64,000 nucleotides of DNA from an uncultured Gemmatimonadales bacterium (lineage in GTDB: Bacteria > Gemmatimonadota > Gemmatimonadetes > Gemmatimonadales > GWC2-71-9), in assembly GCA_963821525.1 (NCBI GenBank), contig CAWGED010000019.1, positions 736,001 to 800,000 of the forward strand, given 5' to 3'. The first letter of the stretch is position 1, and every line of letters begins with the position of its first letter. Below, one piece after another: positions 1 through 11,530 of this stretch. The translations under genes and the position numbers were made by a program. Under the pieces are notes generated by a model. It saw only the letters and a program-made list of their open reading frames with translations, was not told where the DNA came from and made no database searches.

Positions 1-128
1 ACTTCGATGAGCCGGCGGACGACCCAGCGGGGCCGGGCGAGCGTTCCCATGCGGTTCTCGCGGGCCACCATGCGGAGGAGTGGACTGGTGGCGCCGAATT
101 CCGCTTCGGCATCGGGTTCTCGTTCTGA
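1..128 (+). CDS. 3' end of a probable outer-membrane beta-barrel protein (partial)
   Basis: Frame 3 reads ...EWTGGAEFRFGIGFSF*: alternating hydrophobic strand ending in Phe. Confidence 0.55.
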   Translation, partial: FDEPADDPAGPGERSHAVLAGHHAEEWTGGAEFRFGIGFSF

Positions 129-135
129 CCTGACA

Positions 136-555
136 ATGGGCTCCTCGCTGACCAGAGTCGTCGGATTCACGGCCCGGCATCGATACTTCAAGCCGGACTG
201 GTCACCCGAAAAGAACCGCGCCACTTTCGGCGAATGCACCGCCGAGCCCGGCCACGCCCACGACTATCGCTGCACCGTTACGGTCGGCGGGGAGATCGAT
301 CCGGTCACGGGCATGGTGATGGATCTCGGCCTTCTCGACCGCATCCTTGCGGAAGAGGTGACCGGGCCGTTCCACGGCAAGCACTTCAATCTTGATGTGG
401 CGGCGTTCGCGTACGGGAAGACAGTCCCGACCTGTGAAGCGATCGCCGACTATCTCCATCACAGAATCGCCCGGCAGCTTCCGGCCGGCGTGAGGCTCAT
501 TCGCATTCGGATCGCGGAAGACGAGACCTTATCCGGGGAATGGGCCGAATCGTGA
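136..555 (+). CDS. queD: 6-carboxytetrahydropterin synthase / 6-pyruvoyl tetrahydropterin synthase family
   Basis: F-x-A-x-H, C...GHAHDY, GMVMD and PTCE motifs; ATG at 136. Confidence 0.85.
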   Translation: MGSSLTRVVGFTARHRYFKPDWSPEKNRATFGECTAEPGHAHDYRCTVTVGGEIDPVTGMVMDLGLLDRILAEEVTGPFHGKHFNLDVAAFAYGKTVPTCEAIADYLHHRIARQLPAGVRLIRIRIAEDETLSGEWAES

Positions 556-659
556 GTGACGCGGCCAGGTTCTCCGGAGAAAGCCGGACCGTGTGCGAGC
601 GACCCGGGCCGGGGCCGTCTCCACCGAGCAATCCAGCCGATTGATCCGCTCGGGCGAGC

Positions 660-1097
660 ATGCCAAGCACTCATGGAGCCACGCCCGACCGGGCAACGCT
701 GAGTCGCCTGCTGCGGGAAGCGCGTACCATTGCAGTGGTCGGCTTGAGCCCCAACCCTGCACGTCCGAGCCATGAAGTCGCATCCTATCTGCAGGACGCG
801 GGATACCGCATCGTTCCGGTCCGACCCGCAGTCGAGTCGGTCCTGGGTGAGCGGGCCTATCCCGACCTCGAGTCAGCGGCGCGAGCGGTCGGAGCCATCG
901 ACGTGGTCAACGTCTTCCGGCGCTCCGAATTCGTGGCCGCCCTGGCCGAGCCGTTGCTCGCCATTCGCCCCTCGCTGGTGTGGCTCCAGATGGGGATCAG
1001 GGATCCGGAAACGGCTCGGCGTCTCACCGATGCAGGCATTCCGGTGGTCATGGACCGCTGTTTGATGGCGGAACATCCCTCGCTGGTGAGCGATTGA
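660..1097 (+). CDS. CoA-binding protein (YccU-like)
   Basis: IAVVGLS, RPS, IDVVNVFR, VWLQMG and MDRC motifs. Confidence 0.9.
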   Translation: MPSTHGATPDRATLSRLLREARTIAVVGLSPNPARPSHEVASYLQDAGYRIVPVRPAVESVLGERAYPDLESAARAVGAIDVVNVFRRSEFVAALAEPLLAIRPSLVWLQMGIRDPETARRLTDAGIPVVMDRCLMAEHPSLVSD

Positions 1098-1891
1098 TGC
1101 CACGGCTCTGCCTCCTCACCGGCCTCGCCGCACTTGGATTCGCCTCCACCCTGGAGGCTCAGGCGACCGCCGATGAGGCGCGACTGGTGTTCACGGTGGG
1201 CGCCGGGTACGTCGGAGGAGGCGATCTCTGGTCGGTCTCGGCTCAGCCCATCCGGGTGGCAGGTAGCTTCACAGATACCCTCGGCCTCAGCCGGGCGCTT
1301 CGCCCCGGCCTCGGCGTCGTGTTCTCCGGGACATACTTCCCCGGCTCCCACGTCGGTTTCGGTGGCGAGGTTCTGCTGCTCGGACTGGGAACCGAGGACG
1401 GTTGCACCGTGGAGTTCACCAGCGGAGATCCCGACACTCAGGAGATCTGCACTTCGATTGCCGCGATGGAACGGCGGGCCACCTCGGTGGCACTGTCCGG
1501 CTCGCTGATCTACCGCTTCATGTCGAAGGAGGCCATTTCCCCTTACGCCAGGCTCAACCTTGGCGCCGTCATCACCCAGCAGAGTCTGATCAAGGTCACC
1601 GGGCAGCACAGCACGTCTCAGGGCCCGGCGGATGTGCCGATCTACATTGACGATTCTCCCGATCGGGTGCATCCCTACGTGGGGCTGGGTCTGGGTATCA
1701 CCGCCGCCGCGGGGAAGGGTTACCAGTTCCGTCTGGAGATCCGGGACAACTACGTGAGACTCCCGATTCCGGCCGGCCCTACCATTCATGAAGCCCTGCA
1801 GCCCGAGTCGACCACCAAGGGCAAGCATGTCTTCAGCCTGATGATCGGCTTCGATATTGTGCTGGAACGGAAGCGGGGACACCGGTATTGA
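1097..1891 (+). CDS. Secreted or outer-membrane beta-barrel-like hypothetical protein
   Basis: Signal peptide, amphipathic beta strands, one Cys pair; TGATG coupling to the upstream gene. Confidence 0.6.
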   Translation: MPRLCLLTGLAALGFASTLEAQATADEARLVFTVGAGYVGGGDLWSVSAQPIRVAGSFTDTLGLSRALRPGLGVVFSGTYFPGSHVGFGGEVLLLGLGTEDGCTVEFTSGDPDTQEICTSIAAMERRATSVALSGSLIYRFMSKEAISPYARLNLGAVITQQSLIKVTGQHSTSQGPADVPIYIDDSPDRVHPYVGLGLGITAAAGKGYQFRLEIRDNYVRLPIPAGPTIHEALQPESTTKGKHVFSLMIGFDIVLERKRGHRY

Positions 1892-2503
1892 AGGTTCAGG
1901 GTGCAGTGCTCGCGGGGGGCGGTGCGACTCGCATGGGGGGCGTTCCGAAGGGACTGCTCGAGGTGGGTGGCAGAAGGGTACTGGACCGGGTGATTGATGC
2001 ACTGGTCGCGGCGCTGGGCTCTCCACCTCTCCTCGTTGCCAATGCCCCCGAGGCGACCAGCTGGGCCCCCGACCTGCGACTGGTCCGGGACGTCCGCCCC
2101 GGCCTGGGAGCGCTGGGCGGACTGCTTACCGCCGTGGAGCTCGCTCCCGCTCCAGTGATCTGCGTCGCCTGGGACATGCCCTTCGTCCCTCCCGGCCTGC
2201 TCACCGCACTGGCTGAGGGGCTGCGAGGGCTACGATGCCTTCCTGCCCGAAAGCACCGGGCCCAAGGGGCTGGAGCCGCTCTGCGCGGCCTACGGGCCGG
2301 CCTGCCGTGACGCCATCGCCGCGACCCTCGATTCGGGAGACCGCCGGGCGGTCGGCTTCCATGATCGCGTGAAAGTCGGTATCCTCTCCCTCGACCGGAT
2401 TCGCCCGCTGGGGGATCCGGAGCGCATCTTCTTCAACATCAATACGGCGGAAGACCTCGCGGAGGCCGACGCACGGTGGCACAGACCCGCATCATCTCGA
2501 TAG
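1888..2503 (+). CDS. mobA: Molybdenum cofactor guanylyltransferase (frameshift near 2225)
   Basis: LAGG..TRMG..KG and DMPF; another frame continues EPLCAAY...FFNINT. Confidence 0.9.
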
Positions 2504-3003
2504 TGGGGAAGAAGAACGCCGGGAAGACCACGCTCGCGGTGGCCCTGGCGAGCGAGTATGTGCGCAAGGGACGGCGCGTGATGGGGATCAAGCATGGCTC
2601 CCACCCTGCGGACGTTGACCGGCCCGGCAGCGATAGCTACCGGCTCTTCCATGAGGGAAAGGCGGAACGGGTATTGATCGCGGCGCCGAACCTGCGCGCG
2701 GTCTTCGAGCGGAGCCCGGACGACACCGATCCCATCATTCTGGCCAAGCGCTACTTCGACGGCGCCGATATCGTCATCGTCGAAGGATTCAAGAGCGCCA
2801 GCATCCCGAAGATCGAAGTCTTCCGCCGCGAGGCGTCCGACACCCCGTTCTTCGATGCCAAAGCCGCGAACGCAGACGAGTGGGTGGCGGTGGTTACCGA
2901 CGACGAGAAGTTCGAGGCGCCCTGCCCCGTTCTTCGTTTCCGCGACACCATGTGGTTGCAGCTGCTGGCCAACATCGGGTGGGAGAAAGCGCGCCTGCTC
3001 TGA
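2476..3003 (+). CDS. mobB: Molybdopterin-guanine dinucleotide biosynthesis protein B
   Basis: P-loop GKKNAGKTT, IKH, D.PGSDS, VEGFK, PKIEV. Confidence 0.92.
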   Translation: MAQTRIISIVGKKNAGKTTLAVALASEYVRKGRRVMGIKHGSHPADVDRPGSDSYRLFHEGKAERVLIAAPNLRAVFERSPDDTDPIILAKRYFDGADIVIVEGFKSASIPKIEVFRREASDTPFFDAKAANADEWVAVVTDDEKFEAPCPVLRFRDTMWLQLLANIGWEKARLL

Positions 3004-3011
3004 CCGGCGGG

Positions 3012-4268
3012 ATGAACCCCTCTCCCCTCACTCCTCGCGACGCAGCGATCCAGATCCTCGAGCAGGTGCGTCCGCAGCCCCCTCTCCGGGTGCCGCTGGA
3101 TGACGCCCTGGACGGCGTGCTCGCGGAAGACATCATCAGTCCGCTCAATCTCCCGGCGTGGGACAATTCGGCGATGGACGGCTACGCGGTGCGCTCCCTC
3201 GATACCAGGGACGCGACTCCCGAGGCTCCCGCGCGGCTCCGCGTCGTCGAGCAGATCCCGGCCGGCCACTTCCCTACCAACTCGATCGAGTCCGGCACTT
3301 CTGCCCGCATCTTCACCGGCGCGCCGGTCCCCCGTGGCGCCGATGCGGTGGTACGACAGGAGGACACCGACCAGGGCAGCGACAACGTCGCGATCGGCAG
3401 GCCGGCGGAGGCGGGCCAGAACATCCGCCGGGCCGGAGAGGATATTGCGCGCGGGTCGACGGTGCTTCTCGCCGGCACCGAGATCGGTCCCGCCCATCTC
3501 GGGGTTCTCGCTTCGCTCGCTGTTTCCAATCCGATGATCTATCGCAGGCCGCGGGTGGCGATCCTCGGCGGGGGCGACGAGATCGCGGATATCGACCAGC
3601 CGGATGAGATCCTGAGCGGCCGCAAGATCGCCAGCTCCAACAGCCACACCCTCGCGGCACTGGTCCGCCGCGCCGGAGGCGAGCCGGTCAGTCTCGGCAT
3701 TGCACGGGACACGCCGGAGAGCCTTCGCGAGCACCTGGTTCGGGGGCTCGACTGCGATCTCATCATCACCACCGGCGGCATCAGCGTCGGGGACCACGAC
3801 TTCATCAGGCCGGTGCTGGCCGAACTGGGCGGCGAGCTCCGCTTCTGGCGGTTGCGCATGCGTCCCGGCGCTCCGGTCGGCTTCGGCATGATCGGCGACA
3901 TCCCATGGCTTGGCTTGCCGGGCAATCCAGTGAGCACGATGGTGACCTTCGAACTCTTTGCGCGCCCGGCCATCCGGAAAATTTGCGGCCGCAGTAAACC
4001 CTTCCGCGCGTCCACCAAAGTCACTGTGGCGGAGCCGATCATACTCACTGCCCGGCTGCAGCACTTTCTGCGGGTCGTACTGACGAACGGCAGGGAGGGC
4101 TTCGAAGCAAGGCTCACCGGACCTCAAGGCTCCGGCATTCTGACCTCCATGATGAGGGCCGACGCATTACTCATCGTTCCCGAAGGCCAGCTCGAGACCC
4201 CGAGCGGCGCGACGGCCCAGGCGCTGGTTCTGGACAGTCCGACGCACCAGGAACTCCCGCCCTTCTAA
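3012..4268 (+). CDS. moeA: Molybdopterin molybdotransferase
   Basis: DNSAMDGYAV, IFTGAPVP.GADAVV, TGGISVG.HD, GLPGNPVS. Confidence 0.95.
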   Translation: MNPSPLTPRDAAIQILEQVRPQPPLRVPLDDALDGVLAEDIISPLNLPAWDNSAMDGYAVRSLDTRDATPEAPARLRVVEQIPAGHFPTNSIESGTSARIFTGAPVPRGADAVVRQEDTDQGSDNVAIGRPAEAGQNIRRAGEDIARGSTVLLAGTEIGPAHLGVLASLAVSNPMIYRRPRVAILGGGDEIADIDQPDEILSGRKIASSNSHTLAALVRRAGGEPVSLGIARDTPESLREHLVRGLDCDLIITTGGISVGDHDFIRPVLAELGGELRFWRLRMRPGAPVGFGMIGDIPWLGLPGNPVSTMVTFELFARPAIRKICGRSKPFRASTKVTVAEPIILTARLQHFLRVVLTNGREGFEARLTGPQGSGILTSMMRADALLIVPEGQLETPSGATAQALVLDSPTHQELPPF

Positions 4269-5398
4269 GCCTCTTCGCCGTCAGTGCTCCGGGACTGGAA
4301 GAACTCACCGCTCGAGAGCTGATCGCGCTGGGCTGCGCCGGCATCGCCGCGGAGCCTGGTGGCGTCGCGTTCCAGGGTGATTGGGAGACGATGGCGCGTG
4401 CCAATCTCTGGCTCCGCACCGCCAGCCGGGTACTGGTTCGCTTCGGGACCTTCCACGCCCGCGCGCTTGGTGAACTGGAACGGCGAGCATCGCTCCTGCC
4501 TTGGGACAAATACCTGACACCCGATCGCCCGGTGCATCTCCGAGTCACCAGCCGGAAGTCTCGACTCTATCACCAGGGCGCGATCGCGGAACGGATAGGA
4601 AATGGAATCCGGGAGGTGACCGGTACCTCGCCCGAGAGCGCTTCCGGCAATGAAGAGACGAGCGGCGACGAGCAGGTCGTGGTGGTTCGCGTGCTGCGCG
4701 ACGAATGCCTCGTCAGTCTCGACTCTTCGGGTGAGCTGCTCCACCGCCGCGGCTACCGGCTGGCGAGCGCCAAGGCACCGCTGCGTGAGACGCTGGGCGC
4801 AGCCCTTCTCATGGCTAGCGAGTGGGACGGCGTTCATCCCCTGATCGATCCGTTCAGCGGGTCCGGCACGATTCCCATCGAAGCGGCGCTGCTGGCGCGA
4901 AAGATTCCGCCAGGTCTCAACCGGCAATTCGGTTTTCAGCATTGGCGCGGCTACCAGCAGGCCAAGTGGGAGGTCCTCGTCGAGTCTGCTCGCCGGGCAA
5001 TCCTGGCGGAGGCCCCGGGAGCAATTCTGGGATCCGACCGTGATTCCGGTGCAGTCACCGCGGCGAGGTCGAATGCCGAGCGCGCTGGGGTGATGCGGGA
5101 TCTGACACTGGAGAAAGCGAGCGTGTCGACGCTCAAATCGCCTGGTCCGGTAGGCTGGATGGTCACCAACCCACCTTACGGCACGCGGGTCGGGGAGCGC
5201 CAGCGACTGCGCGATCTGTACGCCAGCCTCGGCAACGTCCTCAGGAAGAACTTCCCTGGCTGGCATCTCACGATGCTGGTGGCGTCGGGAGGGCTGGAAC
5301 GGCAGACGGGAATCGCACTCCGAACCGTCCTCGAGACGAACAATGGAGGGATCGGTGTGCGAGCCTTGTCCACACGAGGTGTACGCGATTCGCGTTGA
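4268..5398 (+). CDS. THUMP-domain RNA methyltransferase (RlmL/YpsC-like); start uncertain
   Basis: LFAVSAPGLE in frame upstream of ATG 4391; ANLWLRTASRV, LHRRGYR, APLRETL, DPFSGSGTIPIEAA, NPPYG. Confidence 0.88.
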   Translation, partial: SLFAVSAPGLEELTARELIALGCAGIAAEPGGVAFQGDWETMARANLWLRTASRVLVRFGTFHARALGELERRASLLPWDKYLTPDRPVHLRVTSRKSRLYHQGAIAERIGNGIREVTGTSPESASGNEETSGDEQVVVVRVLRDECLVSLDSSGELLHRRGYRLASAKAPLRETLGAALLMASEWDGVHPLIDPFSGSGTIPIEAALLARKIPPGLNRQFGFQHWRGYQQAKWEVLVESARRAILAEAPGAILGSDRDSGAVTAARSNAERAGVMRDLTLEKASVSTLKSPGPVGWMVTNPPYGTRVGERQRLRDLYASLGNVLRKNFPGWHLTMLVASGGLERQTGIALRTVLETNNGGIGVRALSTRGVRDSR

Positions 5399-5430
5399 TT
5401 TCGCGCGGAGGTGCCGTTAATCTTCTGCCC

Positions 5431-5564
5431 AGAAGGGGAGTAGCTTATTTGGAGTCGGGTTGGACTCCAGACGGTCAAATCGTCAAGACTGCAGGCGGCA
5501 CAGCCAAACCTGCACGGTTCGACCGGATCCGGGCCTCAAGCCCGCGTTCAAGGCGAGACCTTCG
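5431..5564 (+). ncRNA. yybP-ykoY (Mn2+-sensing) riboswitch aptamer
   Basis: GAAGGGGAGTAGC ... CGTCAAGAC ... GGCGAGACCTTC hallmarks with intervening hairpins; lies upstream of a terC-containing operon. Confidence 0.85.
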
Positions 5565-5623
5565 TCCCGGTCGGCCTGCCGCTCAGCGGCGGCCGGCCCG
5601 ATTGGACGAGGCCTCGCTTTTTT
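5553..5623 (+). terminator. Intrinsic terminator overlapping the aptamer 3' strand (expression platform)
   Basis: GCGAGACCTTCGTCC...GGACGAGGCCTCGC stem followed by T6. Confidence 0.8.
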
Positions 5624-5641
5624 CATTTTGGAGGAGTCGGA

Positions 5642-6485
5642 ATGAACAACGTGAAGACCTTCCTGCTGATGGGCGCCCTGATGGCGCTTTTCCTCGCTGC
5701 AGGACAGGCCATCGGCGGCTCAGCAGGGACTGGTGACGGCGTTCGTGATGGGCAGTCTCATGAACTTCGGGATGTTTTTCTTCTCGGACAAGCTCGTCCT
5801 GCGGATGTACGGCGCGAAACTGGTTACCGAGGCTGAGGCGCCGGAGCTCTACCGCATGGTGGATCGGCTGCGGCAGCGGGCCGGACTTCCGATGCCGAAG
5901 CTGGCCCTGGCGCCGCACGAACAGCCCAACGCGTTCGCCACCGGCCGGAGCCCGCGACACGCCGTCGTGGCCGTGACCACCGGAATCCTCAAGTTCATGC
6001 CGCCGGAAGAGCTTGAAGGGGTCCTGGCCCATGAGCTGGCCCACATCAAGAACCGCGACATGCTGATCTCGACCATCGCGGCTGGTTTCGCCGGCGCGAT
6101 TGGCTATCTGCCCTACCTGTTGCTCTTCACCGGGCAGCGGGACAACGAGGGGCGACATCCGTTCGTCGAGCTTGCCCTGGTGCTCCTGGGGCCGATTGCG
6201 GCAATGGTTATCCAGCTCGCCGTGTCACGGCAGCGGGAGTTTGAGGCCGATCGGGTCGGAGCGGAAATTCTCGGCCGTCCCATGCCCCTCGCCAATGCGC
6301 TTCGCCGACTGGACGCGATGTCACATCGGATCCCGATGCAGATCGCCCCCGCCGTCGCACCCCTGGCCCAGGTAAACCCGCTGGCCGGTCAGGGTGGAAT
6401 GACCTCGCTCTTCAGTACGCACCCTCCGACCGAGCAGCGGGTAGAGCGGCTGGAGAAGATGACAGGGACGCTGCCCGGTGCCTGA
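5642..6485 (+). CDS. htpX: Membrane zinc metalloprotease HtpX (M48); frameshift near 5725
   Basis: MNNVKT N-terminus, PNAFATGR, HELAH, SRQREFEAD, LFSTHPP; GGAGG RBS. Confidence 0.93.
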
Positions 6486-7430
6486 GCACGCGCCGGAAGT
6501 CTGGCTGGCCTTCGCGGGCCTGGTCGTCTTTCTCCTCGTCCTGGACCTGGGGGTGCTGAATCGGCGCCCCCATGCCCTTTCTCACCGGGAGGCCATTCTC
6601 TGGTCTGCCGGAATCGTCCTGACGGCATTGCTCTTCGGGCTCTGGCTGCTGGTCAGGGAAGGTCACCAGACGGCGTTGGAGTATTTCACCGGGTATCTGA
6701 TCGAACTGTCGCTCAGCGTCGATAACCTGTTCGTCTTCCTGATCATCTTCCAGTACTTCGCGGTCCCTGCCGGAGCTGCAACCTCGGGTTCTCAAATGGG
6801 GCATCTTCGGCGCCGTGCTCATGCGCGGCTTCATGGTGGCGGGCGGGGCACTGCTGATCCAGCAGCTGGAGTGGATCATCTACATCTTCGGTGTCATCCT
6901 GATCATCACCGGGATCCGGGTCTTCAAGTCCGGGAGCCACCGCGTCGAGCCAGAGAAGAATCCCCTCGTGAGAGTAGCGAAGCGGCTGATGCCGGTTACT
7001 TCGACCTATTCCGGCCAGCACTTCTTCGTCTCGACACTCAAGGGACTGTCCGCGACACCGCTCTTCCTGGTGCTGCTCGTGATCGAGTGGAGCGATCTGG
7101 TCTTCGCGATTGACAGCATACCCGCGGTCTTCGCCATCACCCGGGACCCCTTCATCGTTTACAGCTCGAACCTGTTTGCCATTCTCGGGCCTGCGCGCCC
7201 TGTTCTTCGTCGTGGCCGGCGCCATGGAACGGTTCGCCTACCTGAAGCCCGCGGTGGCGCTGATTCTGGTGTTCGTTGGGGCCAAGATGGTGGCCGCGCA
7301 CTGGGTCCACCTCCCGACGGGGATTTCCCTGGGAATCATCCTCGCCGTACTGAGCGCGGCCATCGTCGCGTCGGTGCTCAAACGGCCGAAGGAGGTCAGC
7401 GAGGAGACCCTAGGCCGTACACCCGGCTGA
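6478..7430 (+). CDS. terC: TerC/Alx family membrane protein (two frameshifts)
   Basis: GYLIELSLSVDNLFVF, DLVFAIDSIPA, DPFIVYSSN.FAILG, LRALFF. Confidence 0.9.
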
Positions 7431-7468
7431 GCGGGGCAGGCGGCGAACCGTATATTTCCGGCTGTGCC

Positions 7469-8256
7469 ATGAGTGATCTCTTCCGAGGAACCACCGCGCT
7501 CATCACCGGCGCATCGCGCGGCATCGGCGCCGCGTTCGCCGACCTGCTGGCTCAGCGGGGCGCGAATCTCGTCCTGGTTGCACGCCACGCCGATACCCTG
7601 AACCCCATCGCCGAACGCGCCCGAGGTCGGGGGGTGCGAGTCACCGTCATCCCGGCCGACCTCACCCGTCCTGAAGCCCCGGGCGAGATCGCGGACGCGA
7701 CGGTGCGCGACGGGCTCACCATCGACCATCTGATCAACAATGCCGGACTCGGTGGTGCAGGCCGGTTCCAGGATGTCCCGATCGCCGATCAGCTGCCCAC
7801 CATCGACGTGAACGTGCGGGCGCTGACCGCCCTGGCCAGCCTCTTCTCCCTGGCATGCTTCAACGCTCGCGAGGGGGTCTGCTGAATGTCGCGTCGACAT
7901 CGGCGTTCCAGGGCCTGCAGTGGCTTCCGGTCTATTCCGCCTCGAAGGCCTACGTGGTCACGTTGAGCGAGGCGATCTGGGTCGGTTTGCGTGGCACCGG
8001 GGTCCGCTGCTGCTGCCTCTCGCCCGGGCCGGTCGATACCCCGTATTTCGACAACAACCAGATCGACCGCCCACCCAAGTGGGCGATGCAAAGCGCCGAA
8101 GCAGTGGCTCGAGCAGGTTTGCGAGGCTACGAGCGCAACGACTGCCACGTGCTTCCGTTCCTGCCCTTCCGCCTCCTGGCCTGGAGTACCCGTCTCGCAC
8201 CCCGCGCGCTGGCCGCCCGCCTCGGCGGGTGGTATGCCGCCCCACACAATCGATGA
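7469..8256 (+). CDS. SDR family oxidoreductase (frameshift near 7845)
   Basis: TGASRGIG, NNAG, YSASK, PGPVDT. Confidence 0.88.
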
Positions 8257-10181
8257 TCCGGAAATCGGCGGTGGCTCTGGCCACCATGGGAGGGTTACTC
8301 ATCCGTGGCCCTCTGGATCAGGCTGCGCCAGATCCACTCCCTCATGGCGCGATTGAACGCATCCAGGCCAATCCGAACATCCATCCAGCGGGCCGACTCA
8401 GTGGGCGGACGCTGACGCTGGCGCTCGAGGCCCGAAATGGACGCTGGTACCCCATGGCCGACGGCGGCCCCAGCGTCGAAACCATGGCCTTCGCCGAAGG
8501 GAGTGGGCCTCTTCTCATCCCAGGACCTCTGATCCGGGTGCCTTCGGGGACCGAGGTCCGGGTGAGCGTTCGAAATCGACTGGCGGTTCCACTGGTCATT
8601 CACGGGCTGACTTCGCGACCGGCCTCAGGTGACGACTCGCTGATCGTGCCACCGCGCGGCACCCGGGAGGCTCGCTTCCGGGTGAACGAGCCCGGCACCT
8701 ACTACTACTGGGGTTCGACCACCGGTCTTGAGTATCGCTGATCGTGACGGGCTGGACAGCCAGCTCTCCGGCGCAATCATCGTGGACTCTCCGGCCGCCG
8801 CGGGCGTTGCTGCCAGACCGAGTGTTCATGATCGGGGTGTGGTTCAGGCCCGCCGACACGAGCGCTGCACATCCGGTTGCCGAGCAGGAGATCATGGCCA
8901 TCAATGGCAAGTCATGGCCTCACACCGAGCAGTTCACGTTCACTCAAGGTGACACGGTTCATTGGCGCTGGATCAATCCTTCGGCCAGCTCTCACCCGAT
9001 GCATTTGCACGGGTTCTATTTCGAAGTGGAGAGCCGCGGCGACGGGGAGCGGGACACCTCCTACCTCCCGGATCGGAGGCCCCGAGAAGTCACCGAGCTG
9101 ATGCTGCCCGGTGGCACGATGCGAATGCATTGGGTTCCGGAGCGCACCGGTAACTGGCTCTTCCACTGCCACTTTTCATTTCACGTCTCGCCCGACGCAT
9201 CCCTTCCCGATTCGGGATTCGAGGAGAACCTGGCAACCGGCGGCAGTGGACACACCCAGCACCGCCATCGAATGAGTGGCCTGGTGCTGGGACTTCATGT
9301 GACACCTGGTACCGGTACTCCCGCCGCACAGGCCCCCCCGCAACAGGCACGGGACATCCGGCTCCTGGTGCAAACCCAGCCGCACCGGTTCGGCCCTGCA
9401 CCGGGCTATGGCTACGTCATACAGACGGGCAGCATCGAACCCGCCCGCGACTCGATCGTGATCCCGGGTGCTCCCCTGCTTCTCCAGCGAGACCAGCCAG
9501 TCCGAATTACGGTGGTGAATCATCTGACCCAACCCACGGCGGTTCACTGGCACGGCATCGAATTGCAGAGTTATCCCGACGGCGTGCCCGACTGGAGTGG
9601 AGCCCCGGGTCGGCTCATGCCGCCCGTTGTGCCGGGCGATTCGTTTGTCGCCGAATTCACCCCACCTCGCGCCGGCACATTCATCTATCACGCCCACCTG
9701 AACGAGCTGGAGCAGATGCATCTCGGCCTTTACGGGCCGCTCATCGTGCTCGAGCCGGGCACGACCTTCGATCCTGCGACTGATCACATCGTGATCGTGG
9801 GCGCCGACGGCCCCGCGAGCGACAGCAACCGGCGGATTGCTGAACGGCAGCAAGACGCCGGAGCCGCTTACGATGCGGGTGGGTCAGGTGCACCGCCTGC
9901 GGCTCATCAACATTCACGGCGACTACCGGGTGCTCTTTACGCTGGAGTCGAGCGGCGGGCTCGTGGAATGGCGCCAGCTCGCCAAGGACGGAGCGGCGGT
10001 CGCGACGGGACTCGCGGGGCCGCAACCCGCGCGACTGCTCACCGGCCCGGGGGAAACCGCTGATTTTGAGCTCCGACCCGACACCGTCGGCGATCTGGTC
10101 CTGAACGTGGGGGCGCCATTCGCCGAACGGCCTTGGAAACTCGCTTTGCCCATCCGCGTGATTCCCGATAGCGCCCCGTGA
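8253..10181 (+). CDS. Multicopper oxidase-domain protein (at least 2 frameshifts)
   Basis: PGPLIRV, HPMHLHG, WLFHCH, HWHG and FIYHAH cupredoxin motifs. Confidence 0.85.
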
Positions 10182-11511
10182 CCCGGTGTCTCCCTGCTGG
10201 ACCGGCTGGGTCTCCACCGAAAGGAGCTCCGCGCCTGGGCGATGTATGACTGGGCCAACTCGGCGATGGTCACCACCATCGTCACCGCGGTTTTCCCGAT
10301 CTATTTCTCCACCGTCGCCGGCGCGAATCTCGGCACCGCACAGGCCACCTACCGCCTCGCGATCGCGACGACGATCGCGCTGGTCATTATCGCGGTGCTC
10401 TCGCCGATCCTCGGCACGCTCGCCGACCAGGCCGGCATCAAGAAGCGCCTGCTGGGCGGGTTCCTGTTCATCGGAGTGATTGCCGTCAGCCTCATGTTCT
10501 TCATCGAACGGGGCGAGTGGCTCTACGCGGCGGTGCTCTTCGTGGTGGCGAACATCGCGGTCAACGGCAGTTTCGTCTTCTACGATTCGTTCCTGCCGCA
10601 CATCGCTTCCCGGGACGAGATGGATCGGGTCTCGACCGCGGGATACGCCCTGGGTTACGTGGGCGGCGGGATCCTCCTCGGCGCTCAATCTCGCCTGGAT
10701 CCAGAAGCCGGAATGGTTCGGCCTGCCTCACGGGCCCGATCTCACCGCGGCACAGCAGACTCTTCCCACCCGGCTCGCCTTCCTCTCGGTGGCGGTGTGG
10801 TGGCTGCTTTTCTCGATCCCGCTCTTCCGGGATGTTCCAGAACCGAAGGGATCACGGGGCGGCCGGATCTCGGTAATGGATGCGTTCCGCACTCTGCGCG
10901 AGACCTTCCGCCACCTGGGCCGTTATCGCCAGGCGGTGATCATGCTGGTGGCGTTCCTGATCTACAACGACGGGATCGGGACCATCATCCGGATGGCGAC
11001 CATCTACGGGACCGAGCTCGGGATCGGCCGCGGCGCACTGATCGCCTCAATCATGATCGTGCAGTTCGTGGGAATCCCCTTCGCCTTCCTCTTCGGTGCT
11101 TTCGCCAGGTGGATCGGCAACAAGCGGGCCGTGATGGTGGGACTCGCGGTCTACGGAATCATCAGCATCTTCGGCTACTTCATGCGGACCGGCACCCACT
11201 TCCTCATTCTGGCACTGATGGTGGGAATGGTTCAGGGCGGTACCCAGGCGCTGAGCCGCTCGCTCTTCGCCAGTCTCATCCCCCGCCAGCAATCGGCGGA
11301 ATTCTTCGGCTTCTTCGCCGTGGTGGAGAAGTTCGCGGGGATCTTCGGGCCGGCGCTCTTCGCCCAGGTGATCGCGCTGACCGGTTCAAGCCGCGGGGCG
11401 ATTCTCTCCCTGATAGCTTTCTTCGTCGTCGGAGGAGTACTGCTGCACTTCGTGGACGTGGAGCAGGGTCAGCGAGCCGCCCGGGAAGCCGAGGCGGCGC
11501 TGTCGGCCTGA
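10178..11511 (+). CDS. MFS transporter (UMF1/BtlA-like; frameshifted)
   Basis: WAMYDWANS, FYDSFLP, QALSRSLFA, EFFGF; many TM segments. Confidence 0.88.
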
Positions 11512-11530
11512 GAAGAAATCGGAGGGACAA

